From positions 5,502,626-5,566,625 of the forward strand of contig MU054220.1 in assembly GCA_013239625.1 (NCBI GenBank): a stretch of DNA of 64,000 nucleotides, given 5' to 3'. A model generated the notes under the pieces. That model was given only the letters and a program-made list of their open reading frames with translations, was not told the DNA's origin and searched no databases. Of the stretch, positions 34,111-46,476 are shown piece by piece. The DNA is from Lama guanicoe. Taxonomy: Eukaryota. The position numbers and the translations under genes were made by a program. Every line of letters starts with the position of its first letter. The stretch's first letter is position 1.

Positions 34111-34210
34111 AGCATTCATTTATTTACTTAAGAAATTTTTTTGAGTAAATACTGCTTTCTAAGAAATAACCTGAAAGGTAGATATCTTAATATATAACTG
34201 ATTTGTTCAA

Positions 34211-34950
34211 TGTGGAGAAAATGGAACCCTTGTATATTATTGGTGGCAATGTAAATTGGTGAAGCCGCTATGGAAAACCGTATGGAGGTTCCTCAAAGAA
34301 CTCAAAATAGAATTACCATATGATCTAGCAATTCCACTCCTGGGTATATATCTGAAGGAAACAGTGATTTGAAAATATATATGCACCCCAATGTTCATAG
34401 CAGCATTATTTATAATAGCCAGTATCCAAGATACGAAAGCAACCTAAATCTCCATCAACAGATGAATGGATAAAGAAGATGTGGTGTGTATAGAATTCTA
34501 GGAATACTACTCACACATAAAAAAGAGTGAAGTTTTGCCATTTGCAACAACATGGATGGACCTGGAGGGTATTATTCTTAGTGAAATAGGTCAGACAGAG
34601 AAAGACATATACTCTGTGTTAGCACTTACATGTGGAATTTAAAAAAAAATAAGGCGAATGAATGAATATAACTAAACAGAAACAGACTTACAGATATGGA
34701 GAACAAAATAGTGATACCAGTGTGGGGAGGGGAGGGGAGAAGGGCACAACAGGGGTAGAGGATTAAGAGGTACAAACTATTATGTATAAAATAAGCTACA
34801 AGGATACATTGTACAGCACAAGGAATGTAGCCATTATTTTATAATAACTTTAAATGGAATATAATGTATAAGTTTTTTGAATCACTATGTGGTACACCTG
34901 AAATGAATATAATATTGTAAATTAACTATACCTCAATAAAAATTAAAAAC
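34211..34950 (+). mobile_element. 5'-truncated L1 3' end (ORF2 terminus and 3'UTR) with degenerate TSD
   Basis: 'gtggagaaaatggaacccttgt...tagaattaccatatgatctagcaattccactcctgggtat...cctcaataaaaatt'. TSD CTGATTTGTTCAA (34198-34210) / CTGAATTGTTCAA (34951-34963). Confidence 0.93.
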
Positions 34951-35289
34951 CTGAATTGTTCAAAAAGGGAAGCCATTTTTAAAAAATGGAAAGTGGTTTT
35001 CATTCTAAGAATGAGATGGTTCCTTGGAAGTATGGCAGAGTATCGGGTGCTAACAATGATGGAGACCTGTACCAAACTTCACGAAGTCCACAGGGGAAAT
35101 AAAGAGGAATTGGCACTTGCTTTTAAGAGGAAAGCCATGTTGTCTTTTAGCTAAAAACTTGATCTGAGTTCTATGTCTCTCTCTGCCATTAATTTAGAGA
35201 AATGTGATCAGAAAGTCAACTCTCTTGTAATTTTGGTTTCTCTCCCTATATCTTGCTGGTTATGGTACAGGTACTTGCTTAATATTTAA

Positions 35290-35695
35290 GAGTAAGAACA
35301 CCGATGTTTAAGAGACTTGAGTTCAAAACATAGATCTGCCTGCCACTCACTATTCAAGTGTTCTTGGTGAAATAACCTAGCCCTTTCAAGGCTCACTTTT
35401 CTCATTTGTAAAATTAGCTTAGTGTAATTGTTAATAGCACTTGGGAAGTGCCCGTAAGTCAAACAGAAGCAACAAAGTTCAGTGGTGAATTGCACAGAAT
35501 GGAGTTGGATTGCTATGTCCAGACCCTGCATCCACCTCTTACTAGCTGTGTGACCTTGGACGATCTTAAAGTATCACTGCCTCAGTTTCTTAATCTATAA
35601 AATGAGGATGATAATACGAACGGCTCCTATGTTATGAGTTTATGTAAAGTGCTTAAAACAAGACTGGACTCGTAGTAAGCCCTATATCCATGTTT
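35290..35695 (+). mobile_element. Two tandem MIR copies
   Basis: 'agacttgagttcaaa...ctgccactcact...ctcacttttctcatttgtaaaat' and 'cttactagctgtgtgaccttgga...tgcctcagtttcttaatctataaaatgaggatgataata'. Confidence 0.8.
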
Positions 35696-36014
35696 ATTCC
35701 TCATATACTAGTACTTTCGTGTTGGCTAGTTGATTAAAAAAGCACTTAGCATAATGCTTCTACACACCAAGTGCTCTGTTAACTTGTATTAAAGTTAAGG
35801 AATCATAATATTAAACAGATTGACAGGCTAACAAGCTCACTATAAAATTCACTCCCATTTCTGTTCTCAAATTAGGGATCTGATAGTTCTCTTCAGGCAG
35901 AACTGTTTCAGTGATGAGATATCTGCATAAACACTTCCTTTTGTACCTTCCTTAAGTTTGGCAGTTTATGTCAGGGAGTTCCTGATCATCCTATAACGTA
36001 TTTGTTTCAGCTAC

Positions 36015-37332
36015 CTCGCCACCCTTTCTCAGTATTCATGACTGGTTCTTTCTCGCTTTCTTCCTTTATTTTCTTTATCTTTTATGCTCCAACTCTAAAT
36101 CTTGGGGAGTCCTGCTCTTTTATCCTGGGTCCCTTTATTTTGTCTTTCACCTTAGTCTTCCTAGATGGATTACTCCAGACCTTGGACTTAAATACTATTT
36201 AATAACTAAGCTAATACTCTCAAACTGTATCTCTAATTCTGACTTCTCTCTGGAGTTTCAGCTGCATACGTGATCTCTTCACCTGAATGTCTAATAAGCA
36301 TCTCAAATTTAGCCCAGGCAAACCAGAGCTCTTAGCTCCGAGTCTCTTGTCTCCACTCTGTTCTCAGTTTTTTCAGCTAACTGTTCATTTTATTGTTCCA
36401 GACCAAAAAAGGCGGGAGGAGCGATGCTGTTTCTCTGTCTTCCTTATCACATTCAGTCCATCAGTAAGTTCTGCCAAACATGTCATTCATTCATTCACTC
36501 AGTTCATTTTTCTCCATCTCCACCTATACCATCTTCATTTGAACCACCATATGTCCATTGAAATAGTGAGGCAGTGTTCCAACTCTCTAGTTTTCTTGCT
36601 TTCACTCTTAGCTCTCTACAGTCTGCCCTCTACATAGTAGATTCCTCTGCCTGAAGCCCTCCCGTGGATGCCCATTGCATGGTTTGCCTGATCTGTCCAC
36701 TGTTTTCTTCCACAACTTCACCTTAAACTACTCTCTTTTCTCACTCCATCCAGTTCAATTTGGCCTTCTTGACCCTGAAAGAAGCTGAGCTTGCAGGTTT
36801 CTCAGGGGCTTTGCCCTAGATTCACTCTGTACTCAGAATGCTATTTTCCATAATCTGTGTTCTTGACATTCAGATGTCTGTTTAGATGCTAGCTCCTCAA
36901 AGAAATAATCTTGACTACCCAACCTAAAGTAGACACGCAATTGTTTCCTAAAATATCACTATCTTTTAATACCTTGCAGAACACTTTTTCCCATGTGACA
37001 CTTTTTATCTTTTACCGATTGGTTTCTTCATTTATTTTCACTTTGATTTATACCAGAACAGTGACACAAGGGGTGGTTTTGTGCCCCAAGGGAGATTTAG
37101 CAATATCTGGAGGTATATTTGGTTGTCATAATTAAAGGCATCCTAAACACTCTACAATGGATTAGGTAGCTCCCCACAAAAATGTTCATAGTGGCTGAGG
37201 TTGGTAAACTCTGCACCAGAAGAAAGCACTTAAAGAGCAGAGGCTTTGCCAGGATTATTCATGTTCTATGCCCAGTGCCTAGGACAAGACCAGGCATATA
37301 CTGAGCATTCAGTAAATGTATTTACCGAATAT
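36015..37332 (+). mobile_element. L2 LINE 3' region (~1.1 kb), interrupted by MER20
   Basis: 'tgatctcttcacctgaatgtctaataagcatctcaaatttagc', terminus 'cccagtgcctaggacaagaccaggcatatactgagcattcagtaaatgtatttaccgaat'. Confidence 0.8.
37059..37213. mobile_element. hAT MITE (MER20-like, internally shortened) with 8-bp TSD
   Basis: 'ttttgtgccccaagggagatttagcaatatctggaggtatatttggttgtcataa...gctgaggttggtaaactctg'. Flanks TACCAGAA (37051-37058) / CACCAGAA (37214-37221). Confidence 0.85.
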
Positions 37333-37604
37333 ATAAATGTATGAACATAGGATTTGTGAGGCTTTGATAGAATCAAGAATCCCTTCTGATACATAATATT
37401 TAAGCTATTTTTAATCTCAAAAGCTTTGATCTTAGAAAAAGCCAACTTGATGGTATCTGTCATTGATAGGATAAAAATCGCATGACTTCAGAAGTGATGG
37501 CCATCAGAATCCCTACCTCTACTGCACTTTGGCTACAAGGGGTCTCTGTGAGCAACGTAAATCTAGGTCAAAATGTTCTCCTTTGAAATAGCTTCCTTCT
37601 CTTA

Positions 37605-37850
37605 TGAAGCAGTTTGCATGGCAGTTATGAGTAAGCTCTTAAAACCAGACTGCCTCACCCCAGGTCCCCCTCCACCACTTCAGAGCTCTGTGACCTTGTA
37701 CAGCTTCCTGGACTTCTTCATGCCTCAGTTTCTCATTTGTAAAATGGAGGCTTTAACTAAACTATCTTCTCCATGGAGGTGTTCCGAGAGTTATACGAGT
37801 TAATATACATAAAGCACTTAGAACAGAACCTGGCACTTAATAAACACAGC
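37605..37850 (+). mobile_element. MIR SINE, near full length
   Basis: 'ctgtgaccttgtacagcttcctggacttcttcatgcctcagtttctcatttgtaaaatggag...taaagcacttagaacagaacctggcacttaataaacac'. Confidence 0.85.
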
Positions 37851-38741
37851 ATGTTTTAAGAAACGGAGCCTGTCTGTTCTTGATATTTAGAGGATCCTCT
37901 GAAAACCTTCGCTACTCAGGGGAGAGCTCCCTGATGATGGAAATAAATGTTAGCTATGGTTATCAGTCATCGTAAAAATAGTGAGCTGGGACCGTGGTAA
38001 TATTTGTGTATATGCTAACATGTATAATAACAATAACAACAGGATGAAGACAATAATGATGAAATTCTCAATCTAATAATCTAATAGTGTCTTCCAGTTC
38101 TTTTGTACCTAGACGTCAGGTGAGCAAATAGAGTCCCTGCTCTCACAGAATCCGCTTGGAATCAGAGCACTGAATACACAGAAAAGTGAGCTACGAGTTG
38201 AAAGTTTGCATACCTTTCTGCTATCACATCCACAGAGCTGTGCAATTTTCCTCACTCCTTTTTGCCCTCTCTGGTCTCACCTTCTTTGATTTTAACTCCT
38301 TGCTCTGCTTCTTGGCAGATAGTGGAAATCAATAGGAAATAATAGGTGGGAAATGGTTGTGTTCCTTGGAGAAATTTCTAAGATAAGCAGGAGGCCCTGT
38401 AGTTATTATATGACTAATGAACACTGTTTTCCCTCACTGCACTCAAATGTGGGCAGCAGTATTGAACCCGGCCTTGGTCAACTGTGGTATTGATTTCCTT
38501 TTGTGATTTCAGTTTCTCTTCTCAAGTAACCTTAACTAAAGACTCAAAAAGAAAACCAATTCAAATTAGATGAAGTGTGCACTGAACTTCAGACCTAGAT
38601 TTTAATGAATGGTTGTTGATAAAATCTTCTGTTAATTTCTATCATGTTTATGCATTTACTTATTTATGCTTTTTGATTATTCTTTTTACTGTGACATGTC
38701 ATTAATGATGCTTCATTAATATGTGGTAAATCATCTTGCCT

Positions 38742-39047
38742 TTTGAACAACTTTATGTAGCTATAATTTACATACCATAAAAATCACCCATTTAAAATGT
38801 ACAATTTGATGTTTTTGATATATTTAAAGAGTTGTGCAACCATCACCACAACCTAATTTTAGAATATTTTGACACCTTGAAATGAAACCTTTTGCCAATT
38901 GGTGGTTGCTCCTTATCCCCCAACCAAGCCCTAGGCAACCACTGATCTATTTTCTGTCTCTATAGATTTGCTTAGTCAGGACATTTCCTATAAATGGAAT
39001 CATACAATGTGTAGTCTTTCATATCTGGATTATTTCACATAGCATAT
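38742..39047 (-). mobile_element. Old L1 3' end (L1MB-like)
   Basis: 'ataatttacataccataaaaatcacccatttaaaatgtacaattt...gccctaggcaaccactgatctattttctgtctctatagatttgc'. Same family pattern as 1140-1832. Confidence 0.85.
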
Positions 39048-39699
39048 AAGATTGTATTAAGATTTCACCTTTAGACAGATTGTGGCAAAACCCTGAAATC
39101 ATGACTAACCTTCCATTCATTCTGGCTCACCAGCTCCTTGAATTGCTGTTTTGAAGTCGTCTTTCTAACACCTCATCCTGGTAAATGTTGGGAAGGGCCA
39201 TGATATATAAATATCACTTCCTCTGGATCTCTCCTCAGGTGCTAGTGGAGGTTTGCATGTATTGGGGGTCATTCTAAGGAGTGATACTTGCATCTCTGAA
39301 ACCCAGGGATAGGCTCAGGTGGTATTACAGACGTTGCCTTGAACTTTCCTACTCCCATCTGTCCTTTCCTACAGGACTTTCATGGGTGTGGGTGAGTCTT
39401 TCAGTGGCTCTGTGCAGTGAAGACTGTCTTCCTTGAGAATTCTGAAGATTGTCTAGAGACCAGAGGTCTGGGTTCCTAAAGACTTCCAAGTTGACTTCAA
39501 TCTGGGGGAGAGGGTAGCAATCGTTAAAATATGGTTTACTGATGAAAGAAAGGAGCGCATTGGCCTGTGATGTTAATTTGCGTACGTAGTGGTTAACATC
39601 GACAGTAGGTGATGACTTTTCCTGTAGAATGCAGTGATGTATGCACATTCCTATGTAACTTCTTTGTGCTATTTCCTCACCAAGGAGACCGACCATGAG

Positions 39700-40175
39700 A
39701 TGGAGTAGAAGGGACATAGGCTCAGGGAACAGTCAGACCTAGGGCAGAATCCTGACATGGCCACTTATCAGCTCATTGATTCTTGGCAAGCTTTCTTAGC
39801 CTCATTTTCCATGTGGGAAAAGTAGGCAATAATAAATGTCATGGGGTTGTCGTAAACATTAAGTTAGGTAATATATGTAAAGAACTTTACACCTTTTAGG
39901 AGCTGATAACTAATTCATGTTTCTGAAGGTGGTGTGGTTTAGGAGAAAGAGCTAAGACTGAGGAGCCAGATGACCAGCCTTTGAACCCAAGATTTTGACT
40001 TACTAGCTATGTGAACATGAGCAGGAATTTTCTATTTATATCCTCTGTTTACTTGTCTATGAAAGGGGAATAATGTCTGTTTCAAAGAATCAATACAAGA
40101 ATTAAAGATAATATTTGCAAATTGCTCATTCTAGTACCTGCCATTATAGAAGGTGGTCAACAATTGATAACTATG
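39700..40175 (+). mobile_element. Two tandem MIR copies
   Basis: 'agtcagacctagggcagaatcctgac...ccacttatcagc' and 'gtgtggtttaggagaaagagctaagactgaggagccaga...acttactagctatgtgaacatgagca'. Confidence 0.75.
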
Positions 40176-40864
40176 ACTATTTTGTATTGTTATCAAGGTG
40201 GCAATGGCCAGCGAGAATCTCTAAGTCAGTGGTATAAAATGCCTGCAATAATATACTGGCATAGATTAGAGTGATATTAGTATGGTATCTAAACACATTC
40301 ATTCCTTAGGATGGGGTGCCACTTACCTCTCCTGTGCTCTGGCATTCTGGCTGATGGAAGACAAAAGAGTCAGTAAAGTCATGCGTGCGCACACACACAC
40401 ATCTAACTCCAGTGTGGGACTTTCTGGTAAAAGCTGGCTGAAACAAGATGATAGACCGAATGCCAAAGTAGGACTGCTTATCTTTCATTTTGAATTTACA
40501 CTTAGGGATCTGAAAATTCAGACATGCCCAGGAAAGAGAGAGAGCAAGAATGAGAGTGAGTCAGAGATGGAGATGAGACTGAGATGGAGAAGTGTGAGTG
40601 AATGTGAGCATACAGTGCAGCCTGAGTCCACTTAATCAGCTTATTGCATGGTGAAGCATTGCCTCATCTGTGCAATCAGAACCATAACCAGGAAAAAAAA
40701 ATGGCAAGGTAGGCCCAGCCCTGTATGCTTATGGCATGGGAGCAAGAAATAAAGCAGGCTGGGCCATAGATGAGTCCAGAAAGTGAAAAGAGGAAGGAGT
40801 TAGTGGGAACTAGCATCTTTGTGTATAGGTAAACCACACACATTGGCTAGCTGATTAGGGCTAT

Positions 40865-41105
40865 AATGAATTGGCCCACTTGCCCCAGTTTGGAACAACT
40901 CTGGAGGTCCATCCCAATTCTAAAGCTCCCCATGAGGTCTGCTGAAGCTATTTCTTGTGATTACATGTTGGTTCAGCATCGCCTCTTCCCAGTCTTACTT
41001 CTTTCACTCCCTACAGGTGCTGATCCTGAGATCATCCTTAGTATGTCACCTGCATACAAACCTCCATCTCAGAGTCTACTCCCAGAGAAGGGGACCTGGG
41101 AAACC
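40865..41105 (+). mobile_element. ERVL LTR 3' part (LTR16-like)
   Basis: 'tttggaacaactctggaggtccatcccaattctaaagctccccat...cctgcatacaaacctccatctcagagtctactcccag'. Confidence 0.75.
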
Positions 41106-41517
41106 AACTTCACAGAGCTCTCTCTCACCAATTCCCATTGGACATGAGTTTTTCTTTCTGTGAAATCCCCTAGCCCTTTTAGATACCCCTCTTGCAGTGT
41201 TGATATATTTCTGCCTTGAAATTTCTATGCATGGTTTATTTTCCTTAGTAGACCAGCAACTTTCCAAGGATGGGATCTATGTCCAGTCCATTCCTACATA
41301 CTCTCGAAGTCCCAGCCTTTTTCCTTGTGTAAAATATAACAAATATTTGAAGACATAATTAACTAAGATCAGGTTACAATATGAATTGTCATCCCAGGGT
41401 TATCTTAATAACTAAATTTTAAGGTATGATTATGAAGTACTTGGAGAAAAGCAACCTATTTAAGGATCGTAGTATGTCTTCACAGATTAAAACCAGGTTT
41501 TCAAGCTTAATTACTTC

Positions 41518-41797
41518 CAGAGGTGAGCACCTGACGTGCGTAGGGTAAGCGTAGCAAGTGTAGGAAATAGATGAACTGTGTATCCTGTACCCAGAAAGAG
41601 GAGAGAGCTGCTCTCAGACACAACAAATTATTGCCATGAGGGAAGTGGGCTCAGTATTGCCAAATGCCTTGAGTTTTTTTCAAGAAAAGATGGAAACCCA
41701 GACTTTATGTGAAATTATTTAATCTTTCAAACACTTGCAGGCCAAGAAAACAACAGTTATGAATTGGATTCAGTCCTTAGGGGGCCTGCAAGTCTAA
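41518..41797. mobile_element. hAT-Charlie relic (MER102-like)
   Basis: 'ttgccaaatgccttgagtttttttcaagaaaagatggaaacccagactttatgtgaaat...aaacacttgcaggccaa'. Confidence 0.65.
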
Positions 41798-44083
41798 AAC
41801 TCCTGGGAAGGACCTCTTAGGTTTTACACACCTCTGGGTTTCTGGATTGTGTGTATCTGTCCCAATAGTTGTATTTCATGAGAGAGTGATGAACTGTATT
41901 TATTTGGAAGGTCATTTTTTCCCACTGTTACATACTTGTATTTCTCACTGAGAGAACCAGAGGAGGATGGTTGTGAGCTGAGCACAGTATTTGGACCATA
42001 ATTTCCAGAATGTTTTAAAAGTCTCAGAGGAAAATTACAATACAGCTCTAAGATAATTGTCGTATTTTTTAACGCCTCTTTTTTCACCTTTAAGATAATC
42101 TTGCGAAATGGGCTGGCTAACAGTCTTGCTGTGTATTAAAAAATGCAACCAGGTCGTTTCATACCAACATTATTGCATTTGTCTCTTAAGGATGCATAAA
42201 TAGAAAATTCATAACCAAATCCAAATCCTTTCTTCTACAGTACAGAAAAATATATTTCCTTTTTCTTCCATCTGATCACTTCTGACATCTGTGCAGTAAA
42301 TATGGATTAGATAAGGGCACAAGTACTAAATTTCTTTTGTTGCTCCTAACTCATAAAATGAGATTCTTAGTGTGGATAAGAAAAGAGCCTTATCTGTGAA
42401 CACATGGCTACTTAAGGGTAAAACTGAAAATTAAGGAGGTGAGTGTGTGGGTGTGTGCACGCACGAGTGCGAAAGAGAGGCAGAGGGAGGGAAAGAGAGA
42501 GAATTATCTGAGCTCAGAGTATGGGGGTTTAGGAGATGCAGCACTCTTTGGTGCAAATGATGGGAAATTCAGTGGCCTATTGTGCAAAATGCTAGGAAAT
42601 TCTCGTATCTTGGGGAATTCAACTCAAAGAGTTACTTTTTTTTTTTTTTTGCTAAGGAGAGAATTACTAGGTTAGAATGTGATTTAGTTAATTTGGGACA
42701 TTAGAGTGGACTAAGAAAATAAACTAAGAAACAATTATCAATACCTATGATTTACTGTGCTTAATTGTCTGTGGAAATGCACAGAAAAGTTGCAACTTAA
42801 GATATGCTCTTATTTGTACAAAGAGAAAGAAATCACACATGTTATGAGCTGTTACCATTTGCATGGAGTTAGAGTCTGGCTAGGGAATCAGTCTTAGGTA
42901 GACGATGGAGATCAGAGGTAAAGGACAAGTATGTCTTTTTAATCAGTTGCAATCATATGATTATTTGGATTAAAATGTCTTACTTTCAAATAGAGCAAAA
43001 TTCAATAGCCAAAGTAAGTTTAATATATTATTATCTGAAGGTGTTCTTAAACTTTACATCTTGCTTTGGACTTGGTCTCACTTGGTATTCTTTAAAAATC
43101 ATTCTTCATAGATAGTTTAGGTATTAACTCATCTAACAGAATTGTAACTTGTATGATGAAGCTATTGACTTAACTCTAACTAGTGACCCTGCCAAATGTC
43201 CTTACTTCTTTCATACACAGTTTGATTGATTTTGAAGAAGAAATTTATACATGTGTATGAAATAAATCTATAAACATTATTTTACAGTTGTCTTTTGAAA
43301 AGCACCAAGCATTTTATCTCAATGGGGTTTTGTCGAGTCATGTCCTCCATTTTAGTGATTTGGGGAATAGGCACAAAGAAAGAATGGAAGCAAACATTTC
43401 ATAGCTAATGAGAAATAGAACGCCTCAGATTTCAGTGGTCTTCCATTTACACTGGCCAACATTTTTGTTTCCTTTATAGTGTTTCCAAGCAGCATTGCTT
43501 ACTGAATAGTATTCTCATGGAGAAAATGTGAATATATTTCAGTGAACAGGAGGAGGTGTGGGCTGGAACTATGTCACAGTATCTCTGACCAGAGTTCTTG
43601 TTGAGTCCTCAGAGTTTTATAACTGTTACAAAGTGGGAAGTTGAGGCATTTGGTCTCAGTTCTGCATGTCCCTTGTATTATTCCAGACTAGCCTGTTGTC
43701 TTAAAGATGTGTCTCTGTCTGAAGACACTGACAATAAGGTACACTAGCTGGAGACCAAAACAAGACTCTCAACTTCTGAAGGGCTTGTCCACTGATGCTT
43801 GGATTTTCTGTATTCGTTGTCAGCAGAAACACATTTGTAGCAATTACTGCTTTGGATCGCTTTTAGAGGTTCCTGAGTTCAAGGATCATTGAAGCATGAC
43901 TGCTTACTTAGTGCCATCTTCATGGCTCCCTTAAACAACCTGGGCATTTGTTTATATCTTCCATGAGGCACTATAGCTCTAAGCTCTCACCTGCTAATAA
44001 CTCAGCTGATTCATCCTACGTAGCCAAGCTTGATCCTGGTCACCATGCTAAAACACCTTTCCCCAGGATCAGTACCTCCAGCA

Positions 44084-44556
44084 TAATATTTCTCAAATTG
44101 TTTCACCAAACTACCCATCAATAAAGAGGAGAGTGAACATACATTTTTAAATAGGATGGAGGAAGAAAAACAGAAGAAATTGGGAGAGAAACATAAAAAG
44201 TAACACTAATGATATCTGAAGGTACATCCCAAAGCCTGATTTTTTGATTTATAAATTCCTACCACAATTTAATTCTGTTCTACAATGTACAGTGCCAAGC
44301 TGTGTAAAACTGCGTGTGATTTTAATGTGTGATACCATTTTAATAATATATTAATATAGATACATTAGCATTTAAAATAATATGATTTGTATTGGTTTAT
44401 ATAAAATACTTTCCCTAAACTTTTGAGGAAAAATGATTACCCAGGACATTGTATTAAATTCACCCAGTGATTTCTCCTACTTTTATTGAAGATTCGTCCC
44501 CAGCCTCATATCCAACACTGCCCAGAGGCATAAGGGACGTGTGTTGAGAAACATTG
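44084..44556. mobile_element. Putative hAT-type DNA element, family unassigned
   Basis: Inverted termini TAATATTTCTCAA / TTGAGAAACATTG (11/13), similar to the Charlie TIR CAGTGTTTCTCAA. AT-rich interior. Confidence 0.45.
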
Positions 44557-46066
44557 TTTTATTGGGTATGCTGGCCAGCTAGCTAGCTCAATATTACCTC
44601 AAATATTTACTCAGAGGCCTGAGATTTTACATTTTTAATGCAGTTTTTTGTTTTAACAAAGCACGTCCATTCATCCCTTCTCTCTTTAAAGATGCCTGTG
44701 AAGAGCAGCAAAGTCAAGTCACATTTCGGAGTGTTGTCAAATGTAATTTCCCCAGAATTGGCAGCCGGACAAAGGATAGAGAAGGAGGACCTCAGAAAAG
44801 GTCTTTGGAAGTGAGCTACTTTACGTTTTTATAAACTGTATGGAGGTTAGAATTTCATGCAAAATAAGAAAATAAATCTAAGAAATAATAGGATATAGTT
44901 AAATCCATATTGATTATTTAGAGAGAAAATGCTTTATGGGAGGCAGTGAAGTTTTTTAGGATCCTGAGGGAAAAATATGACTGTAAAAGTGGAATAAATT
45001 ACTACAGTTTAATCACTTGGTAAATAACTAAAAAACTGTTGCTGGATTTATGGTGTCAGAGAGCAACCTCCCATTAAATATAGAACGTGTTGGTGATTCA
45101 GTTGTGATGGATTTTAGAGAAATTGCACGAGAGCCATTGCTGTCTTTACAGCTTACCTTTAGTATTTCTCTTCATTATTTTCTCCTGCATGTGAGTCTAT
45201 TTTAAAATGCCCTGTGTTTGTAAAACCATAAATTCTCATTTAAAGGGAGTCTGTCCTCTTCTGAAACACCCACTTAAGAGCCTTACTTACCTGTGCTCCT
45301 CACACTGCTGATCATTCCCACTGAATCTGTTTATGACTCGACTTTACTTTTCTCCCTGACAGCCAGGGTTGGCCTTTCGGCTTCACGCTCACGGCTGTAC
45401 TTGACTCCTAAGTGTTTCGAGGTGACAGGTATAGTTATAATTTTGTGAAAGGTGACAAAAAAGAATGGATCATCAGATATTTAACATTTTTCTGGCTTCT
45501 GCTAGCATTCTGATGGTAAAAAGCATTGATCTGAAGTAGAGAATCTGGGCTAACAAGAGGGCCTCTTGTCAAAACGATGCATCTGGTAAAGTGAGATGTC
45601 TCCTGCAACAACAGGGGAAGTACCACGTTTCCATTATCCCTCTCACCAAAATACTTTGCCAAGGTCACTCTTTCCTGAGAAGTTGTGACTGTTTGAAAAC
45701 CTTTTCTTAACCTTCTTATCAAAACGTATGTCTCTTTTATCTCATTTTTTATTAAATGACTAGAAAATTATGACATAGATTAAACCTCACTAAATAATAA
45801 GTAATTAATAAGTTTTAAGTATGTTTTATATTTATTGCACATATTCAGGTGTTTATATTAAAATAACAAGTATAAAGAAGTACAAAATATTAACAACGTA
45901 ATATACAGAGAAGGTAATATTCAGTTACAACATAGCAGCTTCCTCATACACATTTCAAAGTCATTTTCTCATTTTCAGTAAACTTTACATTTTTCTCATA
46001 TATGATGTTTTCTTTGCTAAATGACCTCATATCAGATTGAACCACATGAGACTGCTGATATCTGAT

Positions 46067-46476
46067 TGCACCAGTTAGGATTCCACCCCAAGAAAAAGAA
46101 CCTGTAGGAGATATAAATTGAGAAGTTCACTGTCAAAAGATGGTTTATATGATTGTGGGGGCTGGCTAGGAAAGTCGCAAATCATAGACCGGGCAACCAG
46201 GAAAGGCAGACTGGAACTCTCACTGCGCGCTGAAGCTGCTGTCCACGGGGGGTAAGTCCTCATCAGTGAAGCGTCAGTCCTCTGTTAATGCCTTTCAGAT
46301 GACTGAATGAGGCCCAGCCTGAATATCTAGGACAGTCTCTCTTACTTAAAGTCAGCCAGTTGTAGACTTACTCACACGTACCAAACATCTTCAAGCAACA
46401 CCTACATTAGTGTTTGGATTACGGGGTATAGGCGGGGTGGTAGTGGCTGTAGCCTAGCCAAGTTGAAAGGACCACA
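46067..46476 (-). mobile_element. ERVL solo LTR (MLT2-like)
   Basis: 'tatatgattgtgggggctggc', 'gactgaatgaggccca...ctcttacttaaagtcagc', 'tgtagcctagccaagttga...accaca'. Reverse homolog of 26577-26972. Confidence 0.85.

Noticed and set aside
36287..36637. 116-aa ORF with a His-rich stretch
   Set aside because: It lies within decayed L2 sequence.
39349..39717. 122-aa minus-strand ORF
   Set aside because: No recognisable domain or splice context, and it begins within a MIR; compatible with chance.
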